Shown: in pieces, positions 39,136 to 54,408 of the stretch
Position numbering within the stretch: the stretch's first letter is position 1
How the letters are laid out: the number at the start of each line of letters is the position of its first letter
Assembly: GCF_006345805.1 (NCBI RefSeq)
Contig: NW_021832223.1
Span: forward strand, 186,001-250,000
Reading direction: 5' to 3'
From: Octopus sinensis
Taxonomy: Eukaryota
Length of the DNA: 64,000 nucleotides
Notes under the pieces: model-generated
What the model was told of the DNA's origin: nothing
What the model saw: only the letters and a program-made list of their open reading frames with translations
Database searches by the model: none
Program-made: the position numbers and the translations under genes

Positions 39136-39249
39136 CACAAAATTAATTGGTTAATATAGTTTTGGTAATCTACTTCCGTCTAAAGGATAAATGGAAAAAA
39201 GAACCTGCAACTTCTTCAAAAAAGCACTTTCTAGTTTCCCTGTCTATTC

Positions 39250-40011
39250 CACCCAATAAAAATTTACACTCGTCGATTTCCACTATCGACTCTTCTAAAA
39301 ATTAAAATTAAATGAATTACGTAATGTATCTTCATTAACTACGAGTCCCCCAAGTTTAATGGGAGCATTTGCAAGAGACACCGTAATAAGTTCTCTGCAA
39401 AAGTTCGTCCAATCTGCAATCGTATTTTGCAAAATTTCTAGATCGTACAGAATGAGATTTCCCTGGTAATTTAATGCCCACGTAAGCATCAAAATTTTTG
39501 CTAACAGTAAATGACTTCCTAAAATTAATTTAAGGATCACTTACTGCAAAACCAGCTGTTCGTTCTTATACTTTGAGGAGTATTGCATGGAATACATAAC
39601 CAAATTGCGTTGTCCACGTTTCTTCTTGACTTAGATAAACGACAGCGTCTCTATTTGTGAGAATATAGGTCTTACTTTACAGCGAACGCATTTTATTGTG
39701 TTAGAGATCAACCGCCTCTCTGCGCACCAAATTACACACTCTTCTATATTATCGCCAAAGAGCCTGTTTAGAGACAATAACCGGTTATATTCCTGCATTA
39801 TTTGCTCATCAGACTTGATTGCAGCTGCATCAACAATCCCATTTAAAATTAAACAATCCCATTAAAATTAAATGAAAAAAATAATGAAAAAATAATTTAA
39901 GTCTATTTTTTATACGTCGAGATTTATACATTGACTAAAATTGTAGATTACCATAGTATTTATATAAGCAATAAAATCTCTGTTTCCCCAAATTTTCCGA
40001 TGATCAAGGCC
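39250..40011 (-). mobile_element. Second Merlin element, 5' part
   Basis: GGCC-starting terminus at 40011; Zn-ribbon remnant (CVRC); TIADWTNFCRE...IKLGG, homologous to TTVDWSMYMRE...KIGG in the first Merlin. Confidence 0.65.
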
Positions 40012-40024
40012 GGGAAAAATCTTT

Positions 40025-40365
40025 GAAGGTACCCCACGGATGTCGTTGGTCACACTCCGGGAGACAGTAAAGAAGGACAGTGCCATCCTGTAAATGTCTT
40101 ACTTGACATGCTTGAATTCATTTCAGAGTAGAAAGCACATAGTGACTGGGAAAAATACTGTGGTGTTTATTTCTTAGATTATAATTCATATTCGTTCTAG
40201 ACCGGGGATTCCAATTCACAATGGAGACACCGGTCTAATCAGAATGTGTAAAACGCCATAATTCGGTTGGTCTCTTGTGGCGCATTTTTCGACTCAGAAG
40301 AGTTCAGTGTTTGCTATTTGTTTGGAAACAGTCGTTCTTGTTTTAATAGAAACAAATTAGAGTGA
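40025..40365 (+). pseudogene. Possible IFT122 C-terminal fragment
   Basis: Translated pieces SLVTLRETVKKDSAI, IPIQWR-like and VSCGAFFDSEEF resemble my recollection of the IFT122 C-terminal zinc-binding region; stops and frameshifts present. Confidence 0.3.
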
Positions 40366-40449
40366 TGTTAAATCCTCAAGGAAAAGAATAAGGCTATTTT
40401 ATAGAGATTCGAAAAAATATTTACGTAATGTCTATTTTTAATATTTTTT

Positions 40450-40783
40450 AAATTATTTTTTAATTTAAATTTGATTTTTGTAATCCCTTCTTCGTTCAAT
40501 ATTAAAACATCCTATGAATTAAAGAACATAATGAACTATGTCGAATATAATGAGTATCCTAATGATATCAATGAAAATCAAAAGCGTACGTTACGCCGAA
40601 AGTGTCAGAATTTAAATTTAACTAAAGAACATTCTATCGGACATCCTGGAGTTTCCAAGATGTGCCATTTAATTTCCCAAAATTATATTGGTATAAATCG
40701 AAAAGTTGTTAGTGTTTTTAAGTGATCACTGATCAGTCGTTCTCATCAGCCCGGACACTATCAACAGCCCGGACGCTATGACA
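40450..40783 (+). mobile_element. Ginger-like internal deletion derivative with right end only
   Basis: EHSIGHPGVSKMCHLISQNY (H2C2-like); ends ...TGACA at 40783 with subterminal CAGCCCGGAC twice. Confidence 0.55.
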
Positions 40784-40904
40784 TACGACAATTATTAAAC
40801 AGCCAAATCGAGAAAGTGACTCGAATGAGGCAAGAGAACACTCAATATAGTTGTACAGATTACAAATGAAAAGAATAATTACTGTCACAATCATTATTAT
40901 TATT

Positions 40905-41826
40905 TTACAATCGACGCAACAGATTTATCCTTGTAGATGATAATATTTTAAATGCCCCCTCCGTGCCTGGCACACAACACTTGTCAGGGTGCAGTAGAAT
41001 GGCCAATTTTTTGTAAACCTTGTTAATTTCCTCTCTAAAATTCGTCAGGAAATGCAATACGTGGAGGCGTCAAACCCGACACCCAGTTTCTCATAATCAT
41101 TCCTTCCACTGGTCAATCGATTTATAGCTTTAATTGCCTCGAGGGAGTGTTTCGGCATCTCATTCGAAGGTACCTTGTAGAATCCGTCCCTCGAAACTTG
41201 ACATATCCCCTCAAACAACTTCTAAACCCTTTTTTCACTGCCCGACCTCAAAAATTGTGTTTATCGATTCTCCTGTTTTAGCCGAACATTCAAAATAAAA
41301 GAAATTGTGTTCGTAGGCCCAACAACGCGCTGTTCCTTCATCGACCTGTCGCTTTTGGTCGGCCTGGGAATTATTGCGAGGGTAACTTTATTCCCGCACA
41401 CAACCACAACAAGCTTGTCGTCTTGTACATGTCTGTGTAGTTCTTCCATCCACGTCTCTAACGACTCAAAACTGTCCCTCGCCGAGATATCAAAGACGAG
41501 GAGAACTCCTTGTGTGTCCCTGTAGAACTCATTCCGCACCTCAATCAATCACTTCACCCTTACTTCGTAGTAAACAGGGTTGCCGGACATGTCAAATATG
41601 TTAACTCTCGAGTCCTCGTCTTGGATGGTTGCCCTAGTTGTGAGTGCCACCAATACTTGGCCACTCCGTAGTCTATTCCGATCGTCGGCGAATATTTGGC
41701 CAGAAACCTTTTCTCGCAGAACCGTTTTATTATGCAGCTCTTGAAATCATTTTAAGAAAATACTTTCCCTACTCGCCTGTCTCCCAAACTTATTATTTTT
41801 AATTTTCGGCACTTCTTTGGAGACAT
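40905..41826 (-). CDS. DNAJC27: DnaJ homolog subfamily C member 27 (Rab-like GTPase + J domain, RJL/RBJ family); 7 exons, intact
   Basis: Spliced product MSPKKCRKLKIISLGDRRVGK|SCIIKRFCEKRF...TIGIDYG..NIFDMSG...EVRNEFY...GNK|AD...FECSAKTG...LHPDKC. Six GT-AG introns of 24, 23, 24, 23, 25 and 26 nt give a stop-free frame to TAA. Confidence 0.93.
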
Positions 41827-41850
41827 GAAGGTTGCCTGGTTACTTTTTTA

Positions 41851-44230
41851 TGTCAAAAATAAGTATGTCCACATCAAGCAAATATTAATTATAATTAAAA
41901 GCCTGTCTTGTTTTTTCCAAATACAATTCGACATCTCAGACGTTCTTTGCATATATAAGTAGCCAGTCTTATGAAATATGCAGTGAAGGGTTTTAAAAAA
42001 TCCTTTTCTTAATAGGGACTCAGTTGGAGACGACGACGGAAAAAGTAATACTCTCACAAAATAATCCTCATGGCGAACATGCTAGTAATTTCGTTTTTTG
42101 TCAGCGAATAATCTGCTATATAAGAACCATTCCCATTAGAAATTGGGACTATCGTGATCACAGTCAACCCAATATTCGAACGGGTGGAAAAAATTATAGA
42201 AAAGTTTTAATCGAATACTCCGCCGTTTCTCATGTCTGGAGTTGAGTGACACTAAACAACCCAAGTTGTATAACATTCAATATTCACGTATTTTTCTCAA
42301 TGTCGTCCTTGTTGTAGTCATTCTATTTAGTCTGCTTTCTAATCTCATCATCTATCAACTATGAATTTAGAATAAATCGGCGAGGATTCTTCAGCTATAA
42401 AAGCGGTGTCGCTTGTGTTTTTGCATTTTTTGTACTACTTTTTCCAACTGATAAAGATTGATTTATATTAGTAATTTTTGTCTACTTTAAAAAAATAATA
42501 AAATCCGGGAAAAAGACGAACTCGATCTGCGAACATTGCCAGAGAACGGTTAGGTCCCGACCAAATGGATAGCATACATGTTGCCGTGAATGATTGCAAC
42601 CGAGATCCTCTGTCTCAGCCAAGAAGATTCACGTGCATCCCTATTTTTCCGAGCGATAAGGAGACCAACGTTTTTCAAGAATTTGGATGCTTTCGGGCCG
42701 AAGGCTCCGGAGGTTTCGAAAGCCAAAGGGACAAAAAATGTTGGGCGGCGAGTTGTCTGTACTTCTCGGTTTTCAAGCCGCGGCCGATACAGGAGATGAG
42801 GCTGATGAGAGTATCTCCGATGGGACCAAGTGTCTGTGAACGTAGCTTCCCAGATCAGGGATTTTCCATATCGGAATGGGAAGTTTGTCATCCCATCGGG
42901 GCCCTTGCCGTCCTCCCCCGTCCAGACCGCTCCAGGGTTCAAGTACATTCGGGAAACCGACAGAATTGAGTTCTCTCGAGATGACGTCGTTGAGTTCCCC
43001 GTGACGAGGCAAACGGCATGCACTCAGGCGGCACGAGCGGGGTGCAGATGTCAAGACCCAACCGGAGAGCCACTCCAATCTGGAGGTCTCGTCATGGAAC
43101 CACTGTGCTTGTGTGCTGCGGAAAGCAAGCAGGGCAGGCGGTGTTGGTCCAGTAGGGGTAGTAGCATTAAAACGGAATTTGCTGCCCAGATCTCTTCCCA
43201 GTGCCTCTGTCTGCATATCTCAGAGGGAATTGGCAGTTTGGCTGCGGTTTAAAATTCCTGCAAGTTGTCAACCGGTAAGTTCAGAGAGAGTTCGTTGAAG
43301 GGGAGTAGAACATTTTGGACAAGCTGACGGTTTCTGGAAACTGAGGTGAAGTGGATATGTGGCGCCAGCCCATCCCTCAGAAAATGACGAGAATTTTTTC
43401 CTGGGTCCAACCGATTTCGTCAAAGGCGAAGTTCAGAACTGCTTCCGTGCACGATTTCACGGAGGTTTCCATAGAAGATAGCACTTCAAGATAAGAGTAG
43501 TATGGCAGGCAGCTGAGCTTGTACAGCAGTTTCAACATGTAAATACTGCTTTTCATAAAGAAGAAGGCGATGTCGACTTTAGTGACAGAAGCCTGTTTGG
43601 GAGGTCACGGAATTCAGGTCTCTCTTCACTAGGTGAGCCCTTAGTACAGATGGGCTGAGAGGGCAGCCGGGAATGTGACTTCGGACACGTTTTTAGTCTG
43701 AACACGAGGATTGTTTTCTCAAATCGAGAATTTTGCCTGGGGATAGTTTATATTCAAAAGTTCGCATTTTCCTACATTTAACTCTAGCCCGAAATGTCCG
43801 AAGACAGAGATGAGATGTGAGAAGTCCCGGAAATGGATTCAATAAATCCGCAAACCAATGCATAGTACCGTAAATTGAAAGGAGAGTTTAGGGAGTGTAC
43901 GACATCATCGATTGCGAGGGCGAAAAAAAGCGGCCCAAGTGGGTCACTCTCCTAAACTCCTGGTTCCCAAAGATGCTTTCTTCGTCGTAGGAAATGAAGA
44001 CCAACTGGGCGATTTCCGGAGCCTTTTTAAGACAAGTCTGCCTCTCCAGTCACCTCTCAAATTGGCCATTTTTCGTTCTTTCAATTTGTTACCTCTCAAT
44101 ATCCGAATTCTATAAGAGATATGGATCTTAACAAATGATAACATATGAGACAGACTTAGCAATATCTTAAATTAAGGTATTTTTATATGTAAGAATTTTA
44201 AATAAAGTGTCCATTTTCTAGACGGTGACA
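41851..44230 (-). mobile_element. Degenerate Ginger-like element #5, interrupted by a CRE copy
   Basis: TGTCACCGTC terminus at 44230 (same first 10 nt as Ginger #2). After the CRE the minus strand gives KDDIEKIREY-like and YIAD remnants matching the Ginger #2 N-terminus. The other end is uncertain (TGTCA at 41851; TSDs do not match). Confidence 0.5.
42500..44070 (-). mobile_element. 5'-truncated, degenerate CRE-like retrotransposon
   Basis: GDPLGPLFFALAIDD, YKLSCLP, PDGMTNFPFRYGKSLIWEATFTDT, RQRISVAIIHGN; stop at 42550. Confidence 0.85.
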
Positions 44231-44288
44231 TAACAACAATCATGAAACAATATACAAAGTAAAATAGAGTGACTATAAACTATTACTG

Positions 44289-46944
<2,656 letters not shown>

Positions 46945-47089
46945 TCTAACACGAAAAAATTTATTATGTCCCGATTTAGGCAATTTATTAAACTTTATTT
47001 TATCATGTTCATAAATTTAAATTTTAAATTTACATAAATTATTCTTTCTCAAAATTCATTTTAATATCACTAACAAATCAAAAACCAAT

Positions 47090-47960
47090 GTTTAATAAAA
47101 ATTAATTATGTAAATTCTATCTTAAATTATTTAAGAATCCAGATCGTCAGTGATTTCTCTTCTTCGCTTGGAAGAAGAGTTTGCAACAAAATTCTCATCA
47201 TTTTCCATTTCTGCGTCAAAGTAATTGTTCAACTGAGTGTCCTCACGACATGCCAGCTCCGCAAGTTGATTGGCGGCAGAGGCGTACTCCTCGTTGTCTA
47301 CCTTCATCCCATGTCTGGTTCAATAGCATACTCTCTAGAGTCCTCTTCAGCACAACCGACTGGATGTTGTCCTCGTTCCTTCTTCAATGGATAATTTGTC
47401 CATATGACTTTTAAAGAACTTTGAGACAACTCCATCCCATGTCAAGACAATTGGAATAATCTTCACTTTTGCTTCATAGAGAACCGACAGTTCGTTGCAA
47501 GCAGGTCATATTTGTGAAATTTCTCACTTCAACTTGCTTTAAACGGTCTTGCGAGGTAACTCCCACTTCGATTAAATGAATTTCTCTTTTCCTCTTGTCA
47601 TAAACGAAGATATCAGGTTTATTGAATTGAACCTTTGTTTCAGTCATAATTGAAGTGTCAACTCTGATTTCGACATTTGGGTCGACATTGTTGACACGAC
47701 TGAATGTCCTTTCAATTCTGCTTCGTTTTATTCCATACATTCGACACAAGGGAGATGAATACACTTTACCACTTCGTTGTGTCTTCGGAGATAATCACTG
47801 TTTAGCATCCTACCACACCGCGTGGCTAGATGGTCAACAGTCTGCCTGCTTTTTTTGCACTGGACGCATAGTGATCCCGTGTATGCAAAGAACAAATTCC
47901 TATCTTGCAAAAGACAGTACAATGCTTCGCTTATATCACTAATAAAATAAATCAAATAAA
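47090..47960 (-). mobile_element. RLE-type LINE 3' fragment (same group as 3380-6840)
   Basis: CVQCKKSRQTVDHLATRC...RHNEVVKCIH; FNKPDIFV...LIEVGVT; VLTWDGVV. Confidence 0.85.
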
Positions 47961-48355
47961 AAATGCTTTTTAACAATGCTATTTTAAACTATTTCCAAAA
48001 TCTGTACTGATTTGATCGATTCATTTCCCAATCTAGCATTTCCATATTTACATACTTTTATCTGGAAGTGACTAGTCTAGTATGAAGCCAGTTTTTATTT
48101 TCTGGATACACTAAAGTCAGAATGACGCTTGGAGTTATTTTTGCATTTTTTGAATTATTGATATAATTCTGAATTGCTTGTGATAAATTTAGAAATTAAA
48201 AAAATTCCTTCCCAATAAATGCTAAATCGAATGATAGTTTCCGTTTTTATGTTTTGAAACTTTTGAACATTCTTTGCTAGCAGCGTGCTCTGGAGATAAA
48301 ACAAACAGTTTTATATTCTACCAGGGGGCTATGGTTGATTGCTATATTTGAAAAA

Positions 48356-48640
48356 TTAAAATCTCAAGTTAGAAATCGATAATCTTTGAATTAAATAAAG
48401 ATATATAATCGAGATAAAAATAATGAATTTGTGGATTAATCTCAGTTCACTGGCAAGCAGGTCGTACTTGTGGAGCTTTTCTACCTCGACTTGCTTCAAT
48501 TTTTTTTGAGAAGTGATTCCAATCTCTATAAGCGTGATTGTGTTCCTCATTTTGTCACGTACAAAGATATCAGGCTTGTTATTCTTAACCTTCGTATCCG
48601 TATTAATTGTCGTGTAAACACGTGTTCCTCTTGGCATCTT
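48356..48640 (-). mobile_element. RLE fragment fused to LINE family A
   Basis: NNKPDIFV...LIEIGIT...KLHKYDLLA. Confidence 0.8.
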
Positions 48641-49935
48641 CTCGGGTGCTATGGTCAAGCCCTATTCAGCAGTCCACTTCTTTAACTCGGCAATGTACGA
48701 CTTCAGTTGTCTCCAAGAAGACTGTGATATCCTTTTCGAGGTATCCATAACCAGGATATTATCAGCGTAGATGACAAGCTTGCCAGTACGTACAGACGGC
48801 AGGGGAATGTACGACAAGACGAGGTTGAAAAGAAGTGGACTCAAGACAGATCCCTGCGGGACGCCTTTTCTAAGTTCCACACATCTCGATAGGCGGTTCC
48901 CACAGTGAACAAAAGATTTCCTCCCACACAAGAAGTTTTCTAGCCATCGATAGGTCTTTAATCCGGCTCTAGTGTCATGGACTCTCGCAAGTAGGCTCAA
49001 GTGTCATACGCTATTAAAAGCTTTTTCGAGGTCCAGACACACCGCAGTTACCCAGGCTTCCTTTCTGTAGGCAAGTGATAGTTAGTGCTCTAATTCCATG
49101 AAACAGTCCCCTATGGATCTTTCTTCACGGAATCCCCATTGTACGGACGAAAACAGATTTTGTGATTCTACATAACGAGAAAGTTTGTTAAAGACAATAT
49201 TTCCATAGTTTTGGAGAAAGCACAAATCAGACTAATCGGCCGATAGTTAATTGTAGCAGTTTCGATTTACCAGGTTTCGGTATCATTCGAACGATCTTAC
49301 ACTTCCATGTCGATGGAACATGTCCAAATGTCCAGCTGGCGTCAAACATCATATTCAGGCGCTTTCTTCAACAATATCTGCGGAATGTAGTCGAAACCAG
49401 GTGATTTGTTCTTCAACCCGGCCTTTTTACCTCCTCTTGTGTTATCATTCCACATAATGGTCCTTCTAACAGCTGCGAAGAGTTGAGTTTCTTTACAATT
49501 CTGTCATACGTCCGTCGTGAAACGGCGGCATTGATCACTTATACCCGACTGAGTTGGTTCTTGAGTTCATCCGGGACAAGATCAGAGCGGATGTATTTAC
49601 CATCGGATTCTTTTAACGAAATTTCAGCTCCCTTGGCATCATTTTTGCTAAGACGTTGGTATATTTTCCAGAAATTAGGATTTCGTTTGTCAAGTTTTGG
49701 CATTCTGAACTCTATTTACTTTCGACCTCAGCCTTTGCCATTTTTGCAATAATAGATTTGATTTTTTCAATCTCAATTTTCAGGAGTTGTTTAATAAACA
49801 TGACATCTTCTTTTGCGGTTTTCCAAAGTACCTTTCGATTTGAGCAAATTAACAAGTTTCGAATTCAATTGATAATTTGGTGTTCCTTTAGGTCTCCAAA
49901 TAATTTTTCCAGCGTAAGTGTCCAGGAATTTTATG
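48640..49935 (-). mobile_element. APE-type LINE family A ORF2 (RT region), degenerate
   Basis: YRPISLICAFSK, CLDLEKAFNSV, GVPQGSVLSPLLFN, IYADNIL. Confidence 0.85.
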
Positions 49936-49939
49936 ATTA

Positions 49940-50229
49940 TTTATTTTATTTATTTATTAAAGACCAAACACGGGTAAGCCAGTTAATTATAATAATCCCC
50001 GTGATCGCCGATCCAAACGAGGGAGATCCTACTGAAAGGTTCGATCCTGTCCGCATGATCGGCCTGAGACGACGATGTCCCAGGGTCTGAGATCTAGAAG
50101 TCTTTTTTCGGTAGGCATTAAGTGCCTCCTGAGCGTTGCCATATCCGATTGGAATTTTCCAACTGACATGGTGGACCCCATAACGCCACGCTAAGACCGG
50201 AAGGAAGGTAAGAGATTGACAATCTTAGG
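49940..50229 (-). other. Short GC-rich segment with an A-rich tail (retroposed element or LINE 3' end of unknown family)
   Basis: About 290 bp GC-rich island ending (minus strand) in AATAAATAAATAAAATAAAT; several hairpins; shares a motif with 55203-55228. Confidence 0.4.
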
Positions 50230-50479
50230 TGATTAATAAAGTTAAAAAGTTAAAAAAATAAATTGTAAAGTTAAATTTTTTTAACTATATTTTTTTCATT
50301 ATTTCAACAAATTATTATTTTACTATTAAATAAATATTTAGCAACATTTAAGTAACTTCTAAGAAGAGTGCATTGAAAAATGATAGATTAGTACAAAGTT
50401 TATGTGCAATTTCGCATTGCTATTCATACATTCTAGGTTGTGCTTAGATAGTAATTTATAGAAAAAATATTAAAATTTG

Positions 50480-50780
50480 AGAGTAACGAATGCACAATAG
50501 ACTACGCATATTCGACTCTTAGTGTTATAGAATTTGGGAAAGATGAAATAGAGGTTAAAAATATTTGGAGAAGAGAATTTCGGAGAGCGATCTAACGAAA
50601 ATTATTAATATGGAATACAAAAATATCTCTTCTGAAGATTATTCATTCCTTCAAAACTGTCAGCCATCCTTAGCATCTGTCGAACGATGCTTTTCGCAAT
50701 TCAGGAGTTTCTTGAGGTCAAATAGAAACTTTAGTACTCAAAATCTGGAAAATTACGTTATGTCAATTTTCAATAAATAT
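50480..50780 (+). mobile_element. hAT C-terminal (dimerization-like) remnant
   Basis: CQPSLASVERCFSQFRSFLRSNRNFSTQNLENY matches the hAT SVERxFS motif. Confidence 0.65.
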
Positions 50781-50849
50781 GATGGCTCATCAGTAACATC
50801 TGATGACTCATCAGTAACATTTACAGCTATCCGTATTCGCATTGTTTGG

Positions 50850-51300
50850 GGAATATGGTCAGAGCTAATGTACGCCTCCAATCTCGGTATATTATATAAG
50901 GGACCAATTGACGCATAGAAAAAGACCCAAAAGATCATCCGGGCCTCTGTCGGCATAGTGATTTAGTTCTTTCGAAGTAAAAACAGAAAAGCCCAGACTA
51001 CTAGCTAAGTCTTCAAGGACAGCTCCATCCATGTTCGTTGTTTCACATCCATAACCCACATTTTTGCGTTAAGATCTCCGGCTAGGATTGCCAAGGAATT
51101 TTCTTCAAAGAACGTCCCAATGACATTTGAATAACGCCTTAAAAACTTTGAGTACATTCCATCAATGGTCAGCCAGCTAGCAGTCGTGTGGAACTCAAGC
51201 ACAATGAGTGCACAAAGAGTCTCCTTCACAACTCTGATGTTCCTCACCTTCAGGTTCGCTCTGTAATAGACTGAGGTTCCTGTTCCAGCCATCGAGTTTG
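50850..51300 (-). mobile_element. APE endonuclease remnant of a LINE ORF2
   Basis: ILAGDLNAK..W and SDH motifs. Confidence 0.75.
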
Positions 51301-51639
51301 TTTTCCATGATATATCAGATATACCATGTACTATATCTTAACTATCTAATCTTAAACTATAAATCTCAAACTTTTTCAGTAATCGGAGAGGAAAATCGAG
51401 TTCAAGATCATGCTTCCTTCCTTACGGGGTTCCGCTCTTAAGAATCGTACTTTTTATAATAAATCGTCGTGAAATATGAGATGCATTTAACATCCACAGA
51501 TTGTGTGGTTTTATCAATCATTATTTGTTTAGGAATGGTTTACATTTTTGTTTTAGTGTTTATGTTCTTTTTCTTTTTAAAAGGTGTCCAAAAAGGGGAA
51601 GAAATGTAAAATTTCATACCATTTTTCTTTGTGTGCTTT

Positions 51640-52360
51640 GAAGATTTAACATACATACAGAATTGGTTTTAATGTTTCAAAAAACTGGGATTCTAACAAC
51701 AGATCTATTAAAAAGCCAATCAGTCGAGGGTCGTTCAAACTTATATTTTGATTTTGCTCAAATAAAATTGTAAACTTTGATGCTATTCCGGAAATTAATC
51801 AAACTAATATTAAATTAATATCAAGGGAGAACAGAATACGTCACATAGTAATACTAGACAAAAGCATCTCGTACTAAATAAGCCTGGCAAGAGATAAATC
51901 TCCTTCTGTGGCTGTCGCAATGGTCCAGTCACACCTCAACCGTGTATGTGATTGGCTATCTGCAAACATGTTGTGTGTGTCTGCATCTAGATCCCAATTC
52001 ACCCTCTTTACTACTGATAGAAGATTCAAGAATGGACTGGAACTATTCATTGGAGACAATCCTATTCCCTCTTCGCGTACCCAGAAGATCCTTGGCGTGG
52101 TTTTCGACTCCTTAATGACGTTCTCAAGTCACGTAGAGGAAACCCTAGCTAGAGGTCTTCGGAAGTGGAACGTCTTAAAAGCTCTGTTAAAGAAGAGTCC
52201 CTTCCCCCTGAAAGATTGTGTCAGCAAGGTCTACCAACAAGTGATTGCCCCGACGGTTGAGTATGCCTGCTCAGCCTGGAGGTTTGCAATTGCTTGTTCG
52301 AAAGCGGAACGTTTGAACTCACTCAGAAGGAAGATTATGCTCCACACTGACACCTCAGTT
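51640..52360 (+). mobile_element. APE-type LINE family B RT fragment
   Basis: QKILGVVFDSLMTFSSHVE...PTVEYACSAW, homologous to 10886-11479. Confidence 0.75.
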
Positions 52361-52419
52361 GGCAGCCTTGCTTCCGAGGAGGCGAAGCAGAAGAATGGAC
52401 AGGGTTTCCTACGTTTCTG

Positions 52420-52720
52420 CAAGGAACGGGGAAGGACGAGCTTGCCAGTACGTATCGACGGCAGAAGAATGTCCGCCAAGAAGAGGTTGAACAGCAGTAG
52501 ACTCAAGATAGATCCCTGTGGGACTCCTCTTCTAAGTTCCACACACCCCGAAGGCGGTTTCCACAGCGGACAAATGATTGTCTTCCTGACAAGAAGCTCT
52601 CCAGCTATCGATAGGTCTTTATCCCGGCTCCGGTGTCATGGACTCTGGAGAGTAGGCCCAGGTGCCACACGCTATCGAAGGCTTTGGCCAGGTCTAGACA
52701 CACCACAGTTAGCCATGCTT
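52420..52720 (-). mobile_element. LINE family A RT fragment joined in inverted orientation to family B
   Basis: ELRRGVPQGSILSLLLFNLFLADILLPSIRTGKLV. Confidence 0.8.
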
Positions 52721-52789
52721 TATTTCTGGTCTTAAAATTTTTTTACACGTTTACACGTTACACACTGTTGGTCTTATAAACTCAATTGA

Positions 52790-53393
52790 AAAAAACATTC
52801 GAGTCTTGTTGAATACATCCAAAACGTCGTTGGATGCCATCGAAGTCGCAAATGCAGTTTGTGGCTCACACACTGCCTGCAAAGCACGGATCTCCCGGAG
52901 ACCCAATGGGTTATACGAGCTATTGTTCAACAGGGAGGAGGACTTTCGATCTTTCCAAAACGATTGGGACCAGACGCAGCCCCTGGGAATGGTGGCCATT
53001 CGATTGAGATGGGCATCCCTATCAAGTCCGAGCTCATAGAACGGAAAATCCCGTAGAGATTGCGATCTGGAAAAGCTCCTCTCGAGTGTAATCTCCAAGG
53101 GTTTCGTACTGGAGAGATTCTACAAAAATGGGGAGCCTTTAACCCTTGGAAAACTTGTTATCACTGACAAAGTCAAAGCTCAGTCCCTGATAACATTGGG
53201 AATGAAAATTGGCTTCAGAGAACTGAAATTTGAATGGTTCAAAAAGCCAAAAGTGCGATGTTTTCGCTGCCAAAACTTCGGTCATATCGCTTCTTTCTGC
53301 GAGGAGTCTTTACGCTGTTTCTTATGCGGAAAAATACATAAATCGAATGAGAAACTCATGGGGGGAAAATTGCTAAGAAACAGACAGTCCTGA
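52790..53393 (+). mobile_element. LINE ORF1 (gag-like) remnant with CCHC zinc knuckles
   Basis: RCFRCQNFGHIASFCEESLRCFLCGKIH (CX2CX4HX4C followed by a second knuckle). Confidence 0.8.
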
Positions 53394-54408
53394 ATGTCTC
53401 TGATGTTGGTGTACAGACGGACGCTGAGTCCCCCGATGCAGGGGACAATGGAGTGCCGATGACTGTCGAGGTTAAGTTTGTCTATCTTAGTTTTCCAGAA
53501 GTCATTAAAACCATCAAAAATAGGTTTAAAATTGTGCGGAGAAAAAAATACGACACTTTTTATATGGACGTAATTGATATTAATTAGATTTTGATCGGAT
53601 CCATTAATATGCCGGACACATTAATGAGCAAAAAACATATATTTCTGTTTTAGAGAGCAATAAAGATAGTTGGAGACGGGGTAGAAGCATCGGTTTTGTC
53701 TCAAAATGGAAAACATCGGATCAAAACTGATGTTACCACCATCGGACCAGCCGAGAAATATGTACTAAGACATTTAAAAAGTACACATTGGTTATTTTAT
53801 TCTTTAGATGTCCCAAAAATAAAAATAGATCATTTAAAGCTGCAGTCAATTTGGCGCAAAGTCCCTTGAAATTTCTGCAGCTAAATCGAAATTACCATTC
53901 AATTTAGAAATAAATAAATATTTTCAAAATTAAAAAAAAGCAACCCAGGCTCTTTAAAAAAATCCAGGAACAAATAAATAAAAATCTGCAATAAGAATAT
54001 AAAGAATGGGGAGCCTTTAATATCAAAAAATAAAGTGAAATTCAAAAAATAAAAATAAAGTAAACAGATTGAAAGAATAAACTCGCAAATATTACAAAAT
54101 GATGAAATTTCAGATAATTTATCCATTAAAAGAAACTACATCGCAAAATATTCCTTCTAATCCAATTAAATAAAAATAAAGATCGACCAAAAAATGTAGC
54201 AGGACAACAAGGTATGGCAACAGCGTGGTCAGACGTGGCATAATTTATTAGGTTTTCTATTAATAATTGGGTAACTAAAAATTAAGATAATTTATTAATG
54301 AAAAAAATATTATTTTAATTAAAACAAAATTCTACTTATTAGCTTATAAACAGTGTAAATACCAGAGAGCATATCTCAATGATCCTCCAGATAACTGAAA
54401 TAAGGATA

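Noticed and set aside
50007-50064. tRNA gene
   Set aside because: A 7-bp stem and TTCGA loop are present, but the T-stem pairs poorly, extra bases separate it from the acceptor strand, and there is no D or anticodon arm.
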